NCBI RefSeq assembly: GCF_030684315.1
Contig: NC_081391.1
Coordinates: forward strand, 22,900,629-22,964,628
Reading direction: 5' to 3'
Length of the DNA stretch: 64,000 bases
Source: Stegostoma tigrinum
Taxonomy: Eukaryota
Part shown: one piece after another, positions 1 through 13,650 of the stretch
Layout: the number at the start of each line of letters is the position of its first letter
How positions within the stretch are numbered: position 1 is the stretch's first letter
The notes under the pieces: model-generated
Told to the model about the DNA's origin: nothing
What the model saw: only the letters and a program-made list of their open reading frames with translations
The model's database searches: none
Program-made: the position numbers and the translations under genes

Positions 1-940
1 CACCTTTGATATTCGAGGACCCTGTTGGAGTGTTAATATCTAGAACAGAGAGGTAGACATTCAAAGGGAATCTTTTTAGTCAGAGTCTTATGGACCAATG
101 GCGTACTGTGACTGGAACATTCTTTGATAGGGTCTGGGATAAGTATTTGCAAAAGGAGGAACATGAGGAATGTGACCGAGATGGCACCGAAATAGAAAAG
201 GAGCAGGGTCTCCAGCGAATATGTCATAGCTGAATGACCTCATTTAAGGCTGCAATTTCTGCTATTGAATTCGGGGAGTGAGAGATGGTATTCAACTGGA
301 AATATATAAGTCATCCATCTTACACCATTATTTTGCAAGATTTCCCAGGCACAAAAGGATAAACATTTTTCTCTGCTCCTCTCCAACGCACAAGTAGGAA
401 GTCGATGAATTGCATTTAAGGAGGAGCATCAGGTGATTGAAGCTGGGATCATTCCTTGGGGGCTGGGGAGAGGGACAGGAGATCATGATGCTAGGGTTGG
501 CCATGAGTGCACAAAGATTTTCTACCTGAGCCATTATCTGGTAGTGGTGACTTCATTGTAATTTCAGAGCGTTGATGGCGAGGTGAGGGAGGACAGCCCC
601 GAAAACAGCAACAGGAAGATTAACAGGAGCCTTTGCTTTTGGCCAAGGAAATTCTGAGATGGGGAGTTTAGGACCTTGGTGACATTGAACGCGGCAGCTT
701 GATTAAGAGAGGTTAACAGGGCCATGCTCTGCTTGGATACCAACTCCTCCTCCACAAAGCTGCCCTCACCAGTTTGTGGCTGGCACACTTCCTGTTTGGG
801 AATGTTCATACACCAACTGTCCGGTGTTTCAGTTGGATGTGATGGAGGGATTCCATAATCTCCAGCACAATTCCGACAACGCCTTCGGGCCCACAGGGAA
901 TCACTAGTTAATCTCCCTGTGGAGCTGGTTCTGTATGAGT

Positions 941-2207
941 TCCCCGGCCTGGGTGGAGGTGAGGGAGCAGGTGTAGCACTTCCTGCCGTTACAGGGGAAG
1001 GTGCCGGGTTGGTGGGAAGTGTGAAGCGAACGAGGGAGTCACGGAGAGAGCGGTCCCTACAGAAGGCATATGGGGTGGGGAGAGAAATATCTCTTTGGTT
1101 GTAGGGTTGGGGTGTGGATGGCGGAAGTGGCAGAGAATAATACTCTGGATGCGGAGGTTGGTGGGGTGATATGTGAGGACCAGGGGAATTCTGCCTTTAT
1201 TTTTATTGGGGGAAGGGGGTTGAGGGCAGCAGTGCAGGAAATGAAAGAAATGTGGTTGAGGGCATTTTTGATCACTGGACGGGGCAATTTGAAGATCTGG
1301 AAGTAGGAGGACATCTGGGATGTGCATGAGTGGAACGCTCCATCTTAGGAGCAGATGCGGCTGAGGTGGTGGATTTGGGACTAGGAGATCACATTCTTGC
1401 AGGAAGGTGGGTGAGAGGAGGTATAGCCAGGGTAGCTGCGGGAGTCGGTGGGTTTGAAATATACATCGGTGCTGAGATGGTTACCGGAGATGGAGACAGA
1501 GAGGTCCAGGAGGGGAGGGAGGTATCAGAGATGGTCCAGGTAAACTTGAGGTTGAGGGCGAAAGGTGATAGTAAAGTTTGATGAACTGTTCAAGCTCGTC
1601 ATGGGAGCATGAGGCAGCACCGATACAGTCATCTATGTGGCAGAGGAAGAGGTGAGGGATAGTGCCAATGTAGCAGAAGAGGGACTGTTCCACATGCCTT
1701 ATGGAGAGGCAGGCATTGCTCAGACACATACGGGTACCCATAGCCACCCCTTTGCTTTGAAGGAAGTGGGATCATACCATCCCACCAACCTCCCCATCCT
1801 CCTCTGCCACTTCCAACACCTACAATCCGACCCCACCAACAAAGAGATATTTCCCTTCCCACCCCTATCGGCCTTTCGTAGGGACCGCTCTCTCTTGTCT
1901 GCTCCAACCCTCCCTCTCATCCCGGTCTCCTTGACCTGACACAACCTGCCCATCTCCTTGCCCACCCATCTGCCCCAACCTTCCCACTGACTGATCCCTA
2001 CTACTCCTACTTGCATCCCCGCCTAGCGCCATTCCACCTACATTCCCCCTCTTCCATCTATTTATTTCCCACTTCACTTCCTCCTCCCCAGTTCTGATGA
2101 AGGAGTCTAGGTCTGAAACATTGGCTCTCTGCTCCGCTGATGCTGCCTGGCCTGCTGTGTTCCTCCAGCTCCACGCTGTATTGACTCGGACTCCAGCATC
2201 TGCAGTT
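941..2207. mobile_element. Degraded Neptune-type PLE with an inversion (minus to about 1771, plus from about 1772)
   Basis: Minus ORF fragments MAMGTRM...HIDDCIGAASC and IPLVLTYHPTNLRIQ; the plus part ends in the PLE tail with a decayed hammerhead near 2094-2124. Confidence 0.85.
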
Positions 2208-3282
2208 CGTGTCAGCCCCAGTTCCATGGTTGCATTGGAGAGGGAGCATGCAGTGTCTGTCAATGCTCTCAATGCCTTGAGAGAAAAGTGGGCAATGTGG
2301 GGGAATACAATGCTTTATCTCACCCTCCACCTCCATTTTGAATTAGTCCCATCCCTCTATCCCTACCCATCCCATCTTCGATGGCTTGCATTCCCTTAAA
2401 GGGCAACGCGTGAAAATATTTAATTGGCTAAATGGGTCTTTTACTGATAGTGGTTTCTAGTTAGAAAAAAACCAACCTCACAGTGATTTTGATGGTGGGT
2501 AAGTCGCTCAGTTGTGTGTGATAGCACTTCTGGGTATAAAATCAGGTTAGCATTCTTATGGTGCAGGTTCACGTCCCAGAGAGTGTGTAATAATATCTCT
2601 AAATGGGTTGATTAGTTCAAGAAAATAAAGCAGACCTGGGGTCAGGGGGTTGGGTGGACTCACGTGCCACAGTAGTGGGGTCCCTACCTATGAGCCTAGG
2701 TGTCCTGGGTTCAAGTCCCACCTACTCCAGAAGTGTGTTATGATATCTCTGAACAAATTAATTGGAAAGAATCACCAACGGCTTGCTGGTGTGGATTTCT
2801 GGCGCCTCATTAGAGTCAGTGCTTGGCACAAGTTAATTTGAAAAGTACCAAAACAGCTCAAAGTGGCACACTCTACAAACTTGTACAGACATAGTCCTAT
2901 AAAAAACACACAAAGCAGAGCCAGAGAGGTGTCTGCAAGGCTGTCTGTCCCAGGCTGGGCCCACCTTTAGTAGTGGCTTTGTTATAATGGTCGACAATAA
3001 ACGACGCTCCATTCCAGTTGGGTCTCCTGAGTTACTGCACTCACAAAGCAGACTGTGATGGAAGGTCGTGCCTGTTCAACCTTTGCTAACATCAATAGAG
3101 CACACCCAGCCCTATGTCACCACAGAGGCATTTTCCCAGTTCCCCACACAACAGGCATTCTGTGACTGATGCTCTCCTGATAGTGAAAGGAGAAGCTTCA
3201 GTTTTGCAAAAAAATGAAAGACCTTGCAAGGCAAACCTTGCATTTCTTTAGCGTCCTACACAACCACAAGGCATTTCACATC

Positions 3283-3311
3283 ATATATATATATATATAT
3301 ATATATGTATC

Positions 3312-3347
<36 letters not shown>
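3283..3347. repeat. (TA)n microsatellite, imperfect
   Basis: Visible TA run with a few interruptions. Confidence 0.95.
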
Positions 3348-3348
<1 letters not shown>

Positions 3349-3432
3349 TGTAGGAACCATGCAGCCAAAGTGCACACAGCAAGGTTTCACAAACAGCAAT
3401 GCGATCAATAAAGACAAGATCCATTTGAAGGG

Positions 3433-3661
3433 TAATAAAATGTGAGGCTGGATGAACACAGCAGGCCCAGCAGCATCTCAGGAGCACAAAAGCTGACGTT
3501 TCGGGCCTAGACCCTTCATCAGAGAGGGGGATGGGGTGAGGGTTCTGGAATAAATAGGGAGAGAGGGGGAGGCGGACCGAAGATGGAGAGAAAAGAAGAT
3601 AGGTAGAGAGGAGAGTATAGGTGGGGAGGTAGGGAGGGGATAGGTCAGTCCAGGGAAGACG
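3433..3661 (-). mobile_element. Young 5'-truncated PLE tail with a 14-bp TSD
   Basis: Near-identical to the tail at about 37745-37975; gatccatttgaagg at 3418-3431 and 3673-3686. Confidence 0.9.
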
Positions 3662-3753
3662 TTTGATTTGACGATCCATTTGAAGGATGTTAACATTGGG
3701 TGATAAATACTATCCAGGACACAGGAGGAGGCCGACTCTCCGTTTATTTCATG

Positions 3754-3940
3754 GTGTGGAGGTGCCGGTGTCGGACTGGGGTGGGGCAGGTCAAAAGCCA
3801 CATGACACCAGGTTATAGCGCAACAGGTCTGTTTGAAATCACAAGCTTTCGGAGCTTTTGGTACACCTGACGAAGGAGCAGCACTCCGAAAACTTGTGAT
3901 TTCAAGCAAACCTTTGCTGTGATGACAGTAGGAGCTGTGA
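3754..3940. mobile_element. Palindromic PLE-tail fragment, second family, with hammerhead-like motif
   Basis: cacCTGACGAAggagcagcactccGAAAacttgtg at 3864-3898; the opposite arm contains cacaagctttcggag. Related copies at about 22946-23155 and 58442-58520. Confidence 0.65.
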
Positions 3941-4027
3941 CATCCAGTCAAGTTACAGATATGATCTCGGTTCAAGGTATCATCCTACATTCTTAATACT
4001 TTCTTGAAACTAGATTTGGCATCCTAG

Positions 4028-4345
4028 TGTGGCAATGGCCTAGTGGTATTATCACAGGACTCTTAATCTGGAAATTCAGGAGATGTTCTGGGTGACCTCG
4101 GTTCAAATCCTGCCATGGCAGATGGTGGAATTTGAATTCAATGAAGATTATGGAATTAAGAGTCTAATGCTGACCACAAAACCCATCTGGCTCGCTGATG
4201 CCCTTTAGGGAAAGAAATCCATCCCTGGCCTACATGTGACTCCAGACCCACAGCAATGTGGCTGACTCTAAACTGCCTCTGGGCAATTAGGGATGGGCAA
4301 TAAATGCTGGTCTACGCAGAGACATCCACATCTCATGAGTGAGTG
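4028..4345 (+). mobile_element. tRNA-derived SINE, old family
   Basis: A-box-like tggcctagtgg and B-box-like ggttcaaatcc. Related bodies at about 28410-28750, 41320-41610 and 58990-59310 (minus). Confidence 0.65.
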
Positions 4346-5404
4346 GCCTCACCCCAAATTCTCATGGTTAAAGGGTACGGGAAGAGAGTGAGAACAGGAG
4401 ACTGATCAGCCGCAATGATATTAAATGGTGGAGCAGGCTCAAAGGGCTGAATGGCCTATTTTCCATGTTGCTATGTCTGATTTCATAGAGGACTCCTGCA
4501 GGTCACTCACTGAGATCCATCAGTGCCAGCCTCACAGTTGCTTCAAGGAAGAGGTACTTCTTTAAATATTAAAGACGGATATCTGCTTTTTTAATCCTCA
4601 AAGCTGGAAACCAAAGAGCCTCAGTCAGAATAAATATGCCAACATAGCCCGTCGCTGCCCTTAAACACCCAAAGGGCAATTGAAAGAGAGGCTTCCACAC
4701 TGTTTCCATCTGAAACATGGCCCTGAATATATTAAATCATGTGGGGAGGCTTAAGCAATAGGTGAAGGATTAGTAAGGCCTTATGGCCCATTGGGTCCAT
4801 ACTGGCTAATGGATCCCGTGCAAACTTCCTGAATTGGGAACACAGGTTTAAAAAATTGGGTGTGCCAATGGACTTTTCCAATCGAACTTGGCATTTTAAA
4901 ATCCTTGTCCACTGGAAGATGGACAGACTGACCCAACGGCCAGTTCTGAGGTAGATTTATCATCAGTCTGATCAACATCACCCTCGCACCCCACGCTCCC
5001 CCCAACCCAACTTAAACACTGACTCCACATCGTTACCTCAATGTTGACAGCATGTGTTCATTTAAAATGTCAAAGCAGGGTCTGAGGGTGAAGGAGGGGA
5101 GGACTGTAGATATGTTGAGCATTAACCCGTGAGTACAGTTAAGGCACTGTAACAAGACCATAAACAGCAAAAGGAATCGATCCGAACGTCCCACAACTCC
5201 AGCTGCACATAGTCAAACAGTATATTATTTCAGTTTTCACCATCCAACTGCGGTCAATGCCTTTCTTTAATTGTCACAAAAGAGCTCCACTTGAGATAAA
5301 TATATTGACGAGCCAGCTACTTCCTAATTTGTGTATTGCAAAACCAACAGGCAAAAATGCTTTTTAAAAATCTCACTTACACCAAACTTCTATATGAATC
5401 TTAC

Positions 5405-5460
5405 CTGTTTGCAGTATGGTTCGCTAACTGCAACATCCGATTAAACTGTTTCTTCATCAT
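5405..5460 (-). CDS. SH3BP1: First coding exon of a BAR-RhoGAP gene of the SH3BP1/ARHGAP17/ARHGAP44 family; remaining exons not found in the window
   Basis: Minus strand reads MMKKQFNRMLQLANHTAN then AG|gtaag (phase-2 donor). This resembles the ARHGAP17/44 N-terminus MKKQFNRM(K/R)QLANQTVGR. The double Met and the neighbouring galectin favour SH3BP1, but the paralog call is inferred. Confidence 0.72.
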
Positions 5461-7490
5461 TTTCAAAACTGTTCTTTTTTCTTAAATATATAAACGTGTG
5501 TGTGTTTGTGTACTTTAGCTCAGCTGTACTAGGAGCTGCTCCTTTTAGCACCCGGTCCAGTTAGTGGGTGTGAGCTCAGCATTTCTGTTCCCTCCCACAA
5601 ACGATGAAAATGAAACTTGCGTTAAAGCCACATTGTGATGCTTCTGAATCACTTTGTGGTGGTACGGTGGAAGTTGGCATGAACCCTCTTTTCCCTAGCA
5701 TTTTCTTCCCCTTCATGGCGAGCACTCCTCCATATTCGATGCACTGTCTGAGGTTTACTGTTAATGGTTATCTCCCAGCTGTGCTGGGACTTTGCATAGC
5801 CTTCACTCTGTCCAGTCCACATTCAAATACAATGCTTCCAAAAGTATTGTGGTAAAGTAAGGAAGCAGAGGATTTGGGGGAATGCAAAGTGGTAGAGTTG
5901 ATTGGAACATGGCAAAGACCCAGAGGACAACAATGACTTCACAGTTTTTAGATTTGGGCATCCAAACAATCTGTCATCCATTGGAGTAGGCCATTCAGCC
6001 CTCTGGATCCTGTTTCCAAGCCTCAATTAGATCACCCAGCCCTGAATCCTAGGTTTATTGGCCAGAATACAAACTGCCAGAGGAAGGGCTGGAGGCTGGT
6101 ACAATTACAACATTTAGAAGGCATCTGGATGGCCACATGGATAGGAAGGGTTCAGAGGGATATGTGCCAAATGCAGGCAAATAAGGCTAGATTAATTTAG
6201 GATGTCTGGTTGGCAAGGACGAGTCGGATCATAGGGGCTGTTTCCATGCTGTAAAACACTACAACTCTAGTAGGTTTCTTGTGGCACAATAGTAGTGTCC
6301 TTACCTGAGAGCCAGGAGGCCTAGGCCCAAGCCTTGACTGCCACAGAGCAGTATCATTACATGTCTAAACAGATTGATTAAAATAACTACAAACCTAGAT
6401 TGTCGTGGTCTCATGATGCATGGGTTACTCACTACCTCAACTCTCATCAGTAGTCCTTCCCTAAGGGCATTGTGGGTGAACCCACAGAACACGGACTGTA
6501 GTGGTTCAAGAAGTCAGCTCACCCCCACCTTCTCCAGGGGCAACTAGGGACGGACAATAAATGCTGGCCCAGCCAGTGATGCCCACATCCTATGAATGAA
6601 TAAAATAAATGGAATCACTTCACTGTGAGCAAGTGTACCTCCAACTGTCTGCAAAGTTCCAGAATGCCCTCCCTAAACGTTTACATAAGAACTAGGAGCG
6701 GCAGTAGGCCATTCAGCCCCTCGGGCAAGCTCTCCTATTTAATACAATCAAAGTTAATCTCATCTCAGCCTCAACTCCACTTTCCTGCCTGCTCTCCATA
6801 ACCTTTTGATCTGTTCCTAACTAAATATCCTTCATTTTATTCTCTGTCCCTGCATCCACCACATTATGGGATAGTGAATTTCACAGATTCAAGACCCTTT
6901 GACAGAGTCATCCCTCCTTAAATCTAATTATCCTAAAACTATGACCTCTCATTGCAGATTGACCCATATGAGGAAACATCCTCTCTACATCTACTGTGCT
7001 AATCCCCTTTCGCATTACATAGACCTCAGTTTTACCCTTTTCTCTCCTTTAAGATGTTCCTGTAAACCCTTCTTATTGAACCTGTCCTAATCTTCTCCTG
7101 TGGTTCACTGTCAAATCGACTGGATGGTACGTCTTTACTGTGTTAGTAGTTGGGTTAGTTATATTAGTTGGCTCAGTGACTAGACTGCCATAGTGAGTAA
7201 AACAAGAGTGTGGGTCCAATCCTTGTAACACCTGTGTTAGTTTGTGGAGACCCTAGCTCCTTAATTTACCCTGCTGTATCTGGTTATTACCAAGTTACAC
7301 ATAACCAATTGCTTTTCTCTAATGCAGAGAGATGTCTCTGGTGCTTTTTCTATAACTCCCTACATGACACTTTGTAAACTACGTTCATTAAACAAAAGTT
7401 GTTGATGTTTTTTATTAACTAATTTTAGGGATTTCAGTCTTAATGTAAAGAGTGTTGAAGGACACCAATCTCAGGGGCACCCAACCAGTT

Positions 7491-7830
7491 TGGCACGGTG
7501 GCTCAGTGGTTAGCACAGCAGCACCCCAGCACCAGGGACCCAGGGTCGATTCTACCCTCAGGTGACTGTGTGGAGTTTGGACATTCTCCCCGTGTCTGCG
7601 TGGGCTTCCATCCAGTTGCTCCAGTTTCATCCCACAGTGCAAAATTGGGCAGGTTTGGTGGGTTGGCCATGTTAAATTGCCCAGGAGTGCCCAGGGTCTT
7701 GTGGATTGGCCATGGGAAATGTAGGATTACAGAGATAGGATCGTGGGCAGGGGCTGATTGGGATGCTCTTCAGAGGGTCAGTGTTGACTCGATGGGCCGA
7801 ATGGCCTGCTTCCACACTGTGGGGATTCCA
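7491..7830 (+). mobile_element. HE1/V-SINE-like tRNA-derived SINE
   Basis: A box tggctcagtgg, B-box-like gggtcgattc, central tgtgtggagtttg-acattctccccgtgtctgcgtggg, CR1-like 3' tail. Confidence 0.8.
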
Positions 7831-8954
7831 TGATTCGCAAACTGTTTGTCAGTCAGCCTAACACAAGAAGCATGCACATACAGAACACACTGTGCTGATG
7901 TTCTCGGGTTAAGTTGCATTGTTTTGCTGCAGGCAGGTGTTGCACATTGCTCCACATGACAAATATAGAGCGCTGCTCATTTCCTGCAACCTTTTGTTGA
8001 GCTGCATGTTCAGCTTGCCACCCTTATTTTTTTCCAGTTATGGTTCAGTTGGTTTCTCCCTCATCTCTGATGTCAGACTGGTCGCAGATTCATGTCCCAC
8101 TCCACTGCCTGGAGCATGAAGAAACCTCAGCTCTGTGTACAGCCGTACTGCATGGTCTGCTGTGCTGTCAATTGTTTAAGATGTTAAATAAGAGCCATGT
8201 CTCCTCTCTCCTATGGATATGGAAGATCCTACTGCACTATTTAATGGGGTACAGGGGAATTCTCCCAATATACTGGCTTGGTAGTTGTTTCTGAACCAAC
8301 ATCAGGAAGAACAGAGGATCTGGTTATTTTTACAACTGTGGCTGTGGCATCCTATGCACAACTGAAGCCACATTTCCTGTGCTCCAGAGTGGCTACACTG
8401 CAAATTACTTCATTGTCTCTTGTAAGCTTTGGGACATCTTGAGGCTTTGTGAAAAGCACTGTTGTCGTCTAATTTTCCTTTGATGTGCTGGTGTACCTCA
8501 TGCAAACATACAAGCTGCAAAATGCGACAACTGCAACTTGCATTCATGTAGCACCTTTGAGATAGGAACGCACCGTTAGCCACAATCTGGCATTCTAAAT
8601 TTGATTAAGAATGACATCTGAACATGTCACAGCTGGTTTGTTTGAAGAAGTTAGTAATAAGCAGTTTTAAATATATAGATTTAGCTTTTATTGTCACATA
8701 TACTCGAGTAAGGAAGCACAGGACTACAGTGGAAAGTGTATAATGTCACTACTCACGGTGCCCAGTAAGGGACCAAGGTACCAAGGGACAAGAAACTTTC
8801 GTACAAAGTAGTAAGAGAAACAGAGTTATAAAGTTAAGTATTACTTTCATAGTGTACCTATAAAAAAACAGAAATAAGGTAAAACTTCACATTAACGTCT
8901 TTCTTCATTTAAACTCGGAAAACAAAGGAATAAGTTAAACATTGAACGGTAAGA

Positions 8955-9140
8955 AAACCAAAATTACTAGAAAAGCTCAGCAGGTCTGGCAGCATCTGTG
9001 GAGGAGAAAACAGAGTTAACGTTTCAGGTCCGGTGACTCTTCCTCAGAACTGATGGTGGCTGGGAAAACATCAGTTTATAAGCAGAAAGTAGGGAGTAAA
9101 TGATAGGATAGAGCCCAAAGAAAGAGAAAGACAGTTTTGG
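8955..9140 (-). mobile_element. PLE tail fragment, third family, with hammerhead motif
   Basis: Minus strand agttCTGAGGAAgagtcaccggacctGAAAcgttaact at about 9014-9051. Related pieces near 24315-24430, 24705-24800, 29270-29420 and 55990-56090. Confidence 0.65.
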
Positions 9141-11141
9141 ATGAGTCCTCCGCTTATATCGATCTCCAGGAGACCTCAGCTGCCTGTTTGTGATGCCACT
9201 GACACAGATGCTGTCGCTGCTACCGAAATGGTCACCTCTCTGATCTCCGCAACCCCGCCACCCCCGTGCCTCGGGAACGTGCCCAGGCAGGACCCACTTG
9301 CTCACCCAGCCGAGACACTGCCATGGGGCAACATGAAGAAACACCGAGAGGGGGAAGACACCAAAAAAAAGGGGAAGGACAAAGAGGAAAAAAAGGAAAA
9401 GAAAAGAAAGAACTGGATGGAGTAGAGGGAGAGAGGTGGAGAGTCAGAGTATGGAGGGAGTTGCAGAGATCAGCAGCTGCAAGGAGAAATGACCCATGTG
9501 AGTGTTGACTGATTGGAGGAACAGGCTGGGGCTCATAATGTCTGTGAATGGTCATTAGATCTATGTTGCTTCATTATAATGAGTTTCTCTCCAATTTCCT
9601 TTCATGCTTCTTTGAAGGCCATGCTGCCTGCTGGGATATGATTCCACGGTATGTCAGCCATTTTTAATTTTCAACACGGGCTGGCTATTCAACATTGGGG
9701 CAGCACAAAACAATTAAATCTTCACTCAACACTCCATTCCCTGAAGTCTGATTGGGAGCACGAACCTGGCAGAGGAGGATACAAGATACTGAAGAATCAT
9801 TATAGAGCAGAAAGCAGCATGTCCGAACTGGGTCCCCGAATGTGCAGTTCACTTAGTGCCATCTTTCGGCCTTCTCCCTAGAAATTTTTGTATGGCTCTG
9901 GATTCCCTTCTGATTGCTCCTGTCACATCCACCACTGACTGTGGGTCTTACATTCCAGATACCAACAACTCATCACATTATCAAGATTTTCTCCTGTTAC
10001 TCCTGCTTCTGTCACACATTATTTTAAAGTTGTGCCCTTTTGACCTTGATTTTTTTTTGAGTGAGATCGGTTTTTCCCTGAGCGCTCTCTCCAGGTCCCT
10101 CAGGATTTTGAAAACCTCCACTGAATCTCCTTTCCCTCTAAGGAAAACGGCTGTAACTTCACCAACCTGTCTTCTCAACTGAATTTTCTCAACCGTGGAT
10201 TCTTGTAAACCTTTTCAGCACTCTTTCCAAAGCCTTCACATCCGGGTTATGGGGGACGGCTCTGGGTGGGATGCTTCAAGAGGCAGTGTGGACTTGTTGG
10301 GCCGAAGGGCCTGTTTCCACACTGTAGGTAATCTAATCTAATCCTTCCTAAAATGCAGAGCCCACATTTGACTGCAATCCAACAGCTGATGCTGAATGCG
10401 TGACTTATTTCCAAGATGGCAGTGCAGTAGCATGGTCCAGCCAGAGTTTGTCTGCTCCACCTGTTCTTCCTCTTCTTTTCTTCTCTTTTCTTCCTCTTAG
10501 CGATTTTTCTCTTCTCCTCTGCTGGTCTCTGACCATTGCCCTCCTTTGGCATTGACTCCTGGCCTCCAACTACTACAGGCCTCCCACCCAGGCATAGCAA
10601 CCTCCCATTGCAGCCTACTATCCTGGCATGGTGACTTCCCTACCGATTGGAGTGGTCTGTCAGCTTGGCACCCTCTTGGCTAGGCATGGCATCCGTGGCC
10701 TAGCTTGGCAGTCTGGAGTGATCTCCCAGGCTCACAATCCTCAAGGTGAAACACTGCACGGCCTAGAACCAAGGCCTGGTGTGGACTGGAGGCTAGGTAC
10801 CTGCATGGGCTGGGTTGGATGACCACTGTGCTGATCTTTTTATTTTCTCTATTTTCTAAGACCTTGCAAGTGAAGAAGCTGTACCTAGGTACCTTTGTAC
10901 CTAAGATAACACTGTATGTGGGAGCGTATAAACTTTTCACTCTGCTCATTGAGTATACGTGACAATACAGTCTAATTCTAATGCAAGTTCAACATCAACT
11001 CCTGGTTCTTGTGATATTTTTTAATACAGCCCTATTGCTCTCAACTGGAATAGATACAGGCCATTCAGCCCTGCCGATCCATATCGCTGTTTTACCTTCT
11101 CCTCGTCATCTGAATTCATCACTGGGATCATCTACAGGCAG

Positions 11142-11428
11142 TTACAGAGTCACAGAGTCATAGAATCACAAGAGTCACAGAGATGTACAGCATGGAAACA
11201 GATCCTTCAGTCCAACTTGTCCAAGCTGACCCGATATCCTAAATTAATCTGGTCCCATTTGCCAGCATTTGGCCCATATCCCTCTAAACCATTCCTATTC
11301 ATCTACCCATCCAGATGTCTTTTAAATGTTGTAATTGTACCAGCCTCCACCACTTCCTCTGGCAGCTCAGTCCCTACAAGCAGTGCCCTCTGTGTGAAAA
11401 CATTGCCCCTTTTAAATCTTTCCCTTCT
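11142..11428 (-). mobile_element. CR1-type LINE 3' fragment
   Basis: Reverse of the CR1 ORF2 C-terminus and 3' UTR, with a short agagtca(c/t) repeat tail. Confidence 0.8.
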
Positions 11429-12644
11429 CAGTCCATGGGTTACAAATGGGTTCCGTCCCTGAATTAGGTCGTAAGTCTACTTGTACGTAAGTTGGAGCAC
11501 AGTGCTGTATAGAATATCTGCTTGTAAGTTCAAGCAAGTGCTCTCATGTCGGATCCTTAAAATTAACAATAATATGGCATCTCATTCGTGAGTCAGACGA
11601 TGGCAAATTGGGGACACCCTGTATTCCCTTCTCCCTCAAATGCTGGTCTAGTTTCTCTCCAAATACATCAAACTATTTGCATTGCCACTCCCTGTCCTTT
11701 ACAGCCCCGGTAAGGAGAAATGTCCCTTAAATAGTAAATTATCTGCACATCATGACAGTGTATTTGGTGAGATAGGCCCTTAAAGAGGAAGTTTGATCAT
11801 GAGAACAGCCACATGATCCCAAGCTCAGCAAAAAGGGAAATTCCTCCAACAATCCGATGGTGATTGTCAGTGCTGAATGGTTCCTGTTTCGTGTGGATGT
11901 GTGTGAGCTGAGTAAAGCAGCTTGCCAGCAGTGATTTTGAACTAAATTCTCCTTCAGCGCCCTGACACTCAATGATACCATGAGCAGTACCCTTCACAAG
12001 ATATGACTGTCTCTGGCAAGGCCAGTACTTATTGCCCATTCTTAATTGCCCCTTGAGAAGGTGACAGTGAGCCACGGGAATTGACCAGACTGGCTTACCA
12101 GGTTATTTAAGAGCGAACTGCTGGGTCATGTGTAGCTCAGATCAGGTAAAGACTGCAGATTTCCTTCCCTAAAGGTTATAGGATGTGTTTTTATGACAAT
12201 CCAGTGGTTTTGTGGTCATCATTACTGGTAGTAGACATTTTTCAATCTCAGAGTTATTGAATTTGTTGAATTTAAGTTTTTGGTGTGATTTGATCACATA
12301 TCACCAGATTCCTGGATTAACTATCTTAAAGAACCCCGATACTAAATAACCCCTAATCTGTAAACAACCTGTACACTAGATAATCAGTCTGTAAACAATC
12401 TGTGTACTAAATAACCAGGCTGTAAATAACCCCGGTAGCTACTTTCTTCCTACTGGAAGTGACTGGCCAAATATTCTACATAATTGGCCCATTCAGAGCT
12501 TCATACTTTAATTGTTTATTTAATTATTTAAACAGATTTTTCCTGCTGAAGCAGGCACAAAGATCAGGAAAAGTGTAAAGCTTCAGAAAGAAGCAGCATT
12601 GGTGAGGTATGGAGGGGTGTGTGGGGTCGGTAGGGTTAGGGGAT

Positions 12645-13650
12645 TCTACATCACTGATTTGGAAGAAAACGTGGCTGGCCTAATTAATAATTTGGCAGAT
12701 GATACAAAGATTGGAGGAGTTGCGGATCGTAAGGAGGATTGTCAGAGGGTACAGCAGGATATCGCTCAGGTTGGGGCATGGGCAGAAAAATGGCAGGTGG
12801 AGTTTAATCTGGACAAATGTGAGGTGATGCATTTTGGTAGAAATTATACAGTGAATGGCAGAATGCTTAAGAGTATTGATATGCAGAGGGATCTGGGTGC
12901 GCTGGTCCTCAGATCACTGAAGGTGGCAGTGCAATAAGGCAGTAAAAGAGGCCTACAACATGCTTGCTCTGATTGGACGGGGTATTGAGTATGAGAATAG
13001 GCAAGTTATGCTGCAGCTTTATGGGCTCTCAGGCTGAGTCTCCAACATGGCATCTCATTGTGACCTGACCCACTCCTGTCCTCTCCCAATAAATGCAATT
13101 TCACAGGCCACAGTTGGATTACTGCATACGGTTCTGGTCAACACACTACCAGAAGGATGTGGGTGCTTTGGAGAGGGTACAGAAAAGTTTTACCAGGATG
13201 TTGCCTGGCATGGGGGTTTTTAGCTAATAAGAAAGGTTGGATAGGCTGAGAGTTTTTTTAGCTCGAATGCAGGAGGTTGAGAGGCAACCTGATAGACGTT
13301 TGTAAGATTGCGAATGGCATGGATAAAGTAGAAAGTATGAGGCTTTTTCCCAGGGAGGAGGGATCAATTACCAGGGAACACAGGTTCAAGGTGCAACGGG
13401 GGATGTTTAGAAGAGTTGTGTGAGGATTGTTTTTCACACAAAGGGTGGCGAGTGCCTGGAATGTGCTGACAGAGGAGATGGTGGAAGCTGACATGATAGC
13501 AGCATTCAAGCAGCATCTGGACAAATACACAAATAGGAAGGGAACAGGATCCTGTGAGTGAAGGCAGTTTTAATATGGAAGGGCAAAATGTGTTGGTGCA
13601 GGTTTGGAGGACCGAAGGGCCTGTTCCTGTGCTTGTATTGTTCTTTATTC
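12645..13650 (+). mobile_element. CR1-type LINE 3' part, degraded RT
   Basis: ADDTKIGG and WAEKWQVEFNLDKCEVMHFGR motifs, broken by stops. Confidence 0.9.

Noticed and set aside
33-809. Three short minus-strand ORFs and a possible donor near 525 as RhoGAP exons
   Set aside because: No similarity to the expected second exon or BAR domain and no convincing acceptor/donor pair; treated as intron.
3214-3459. ORFs rich in Ile-Tyr repeats
   Set aside because: Translation of the (TA)n microsatellite.
7491-7560. tRNA gene
   Set aside because: A and B boxes continue into a SINE body and no full cloverleaf forms; same for the heads near 18760 and 25905.
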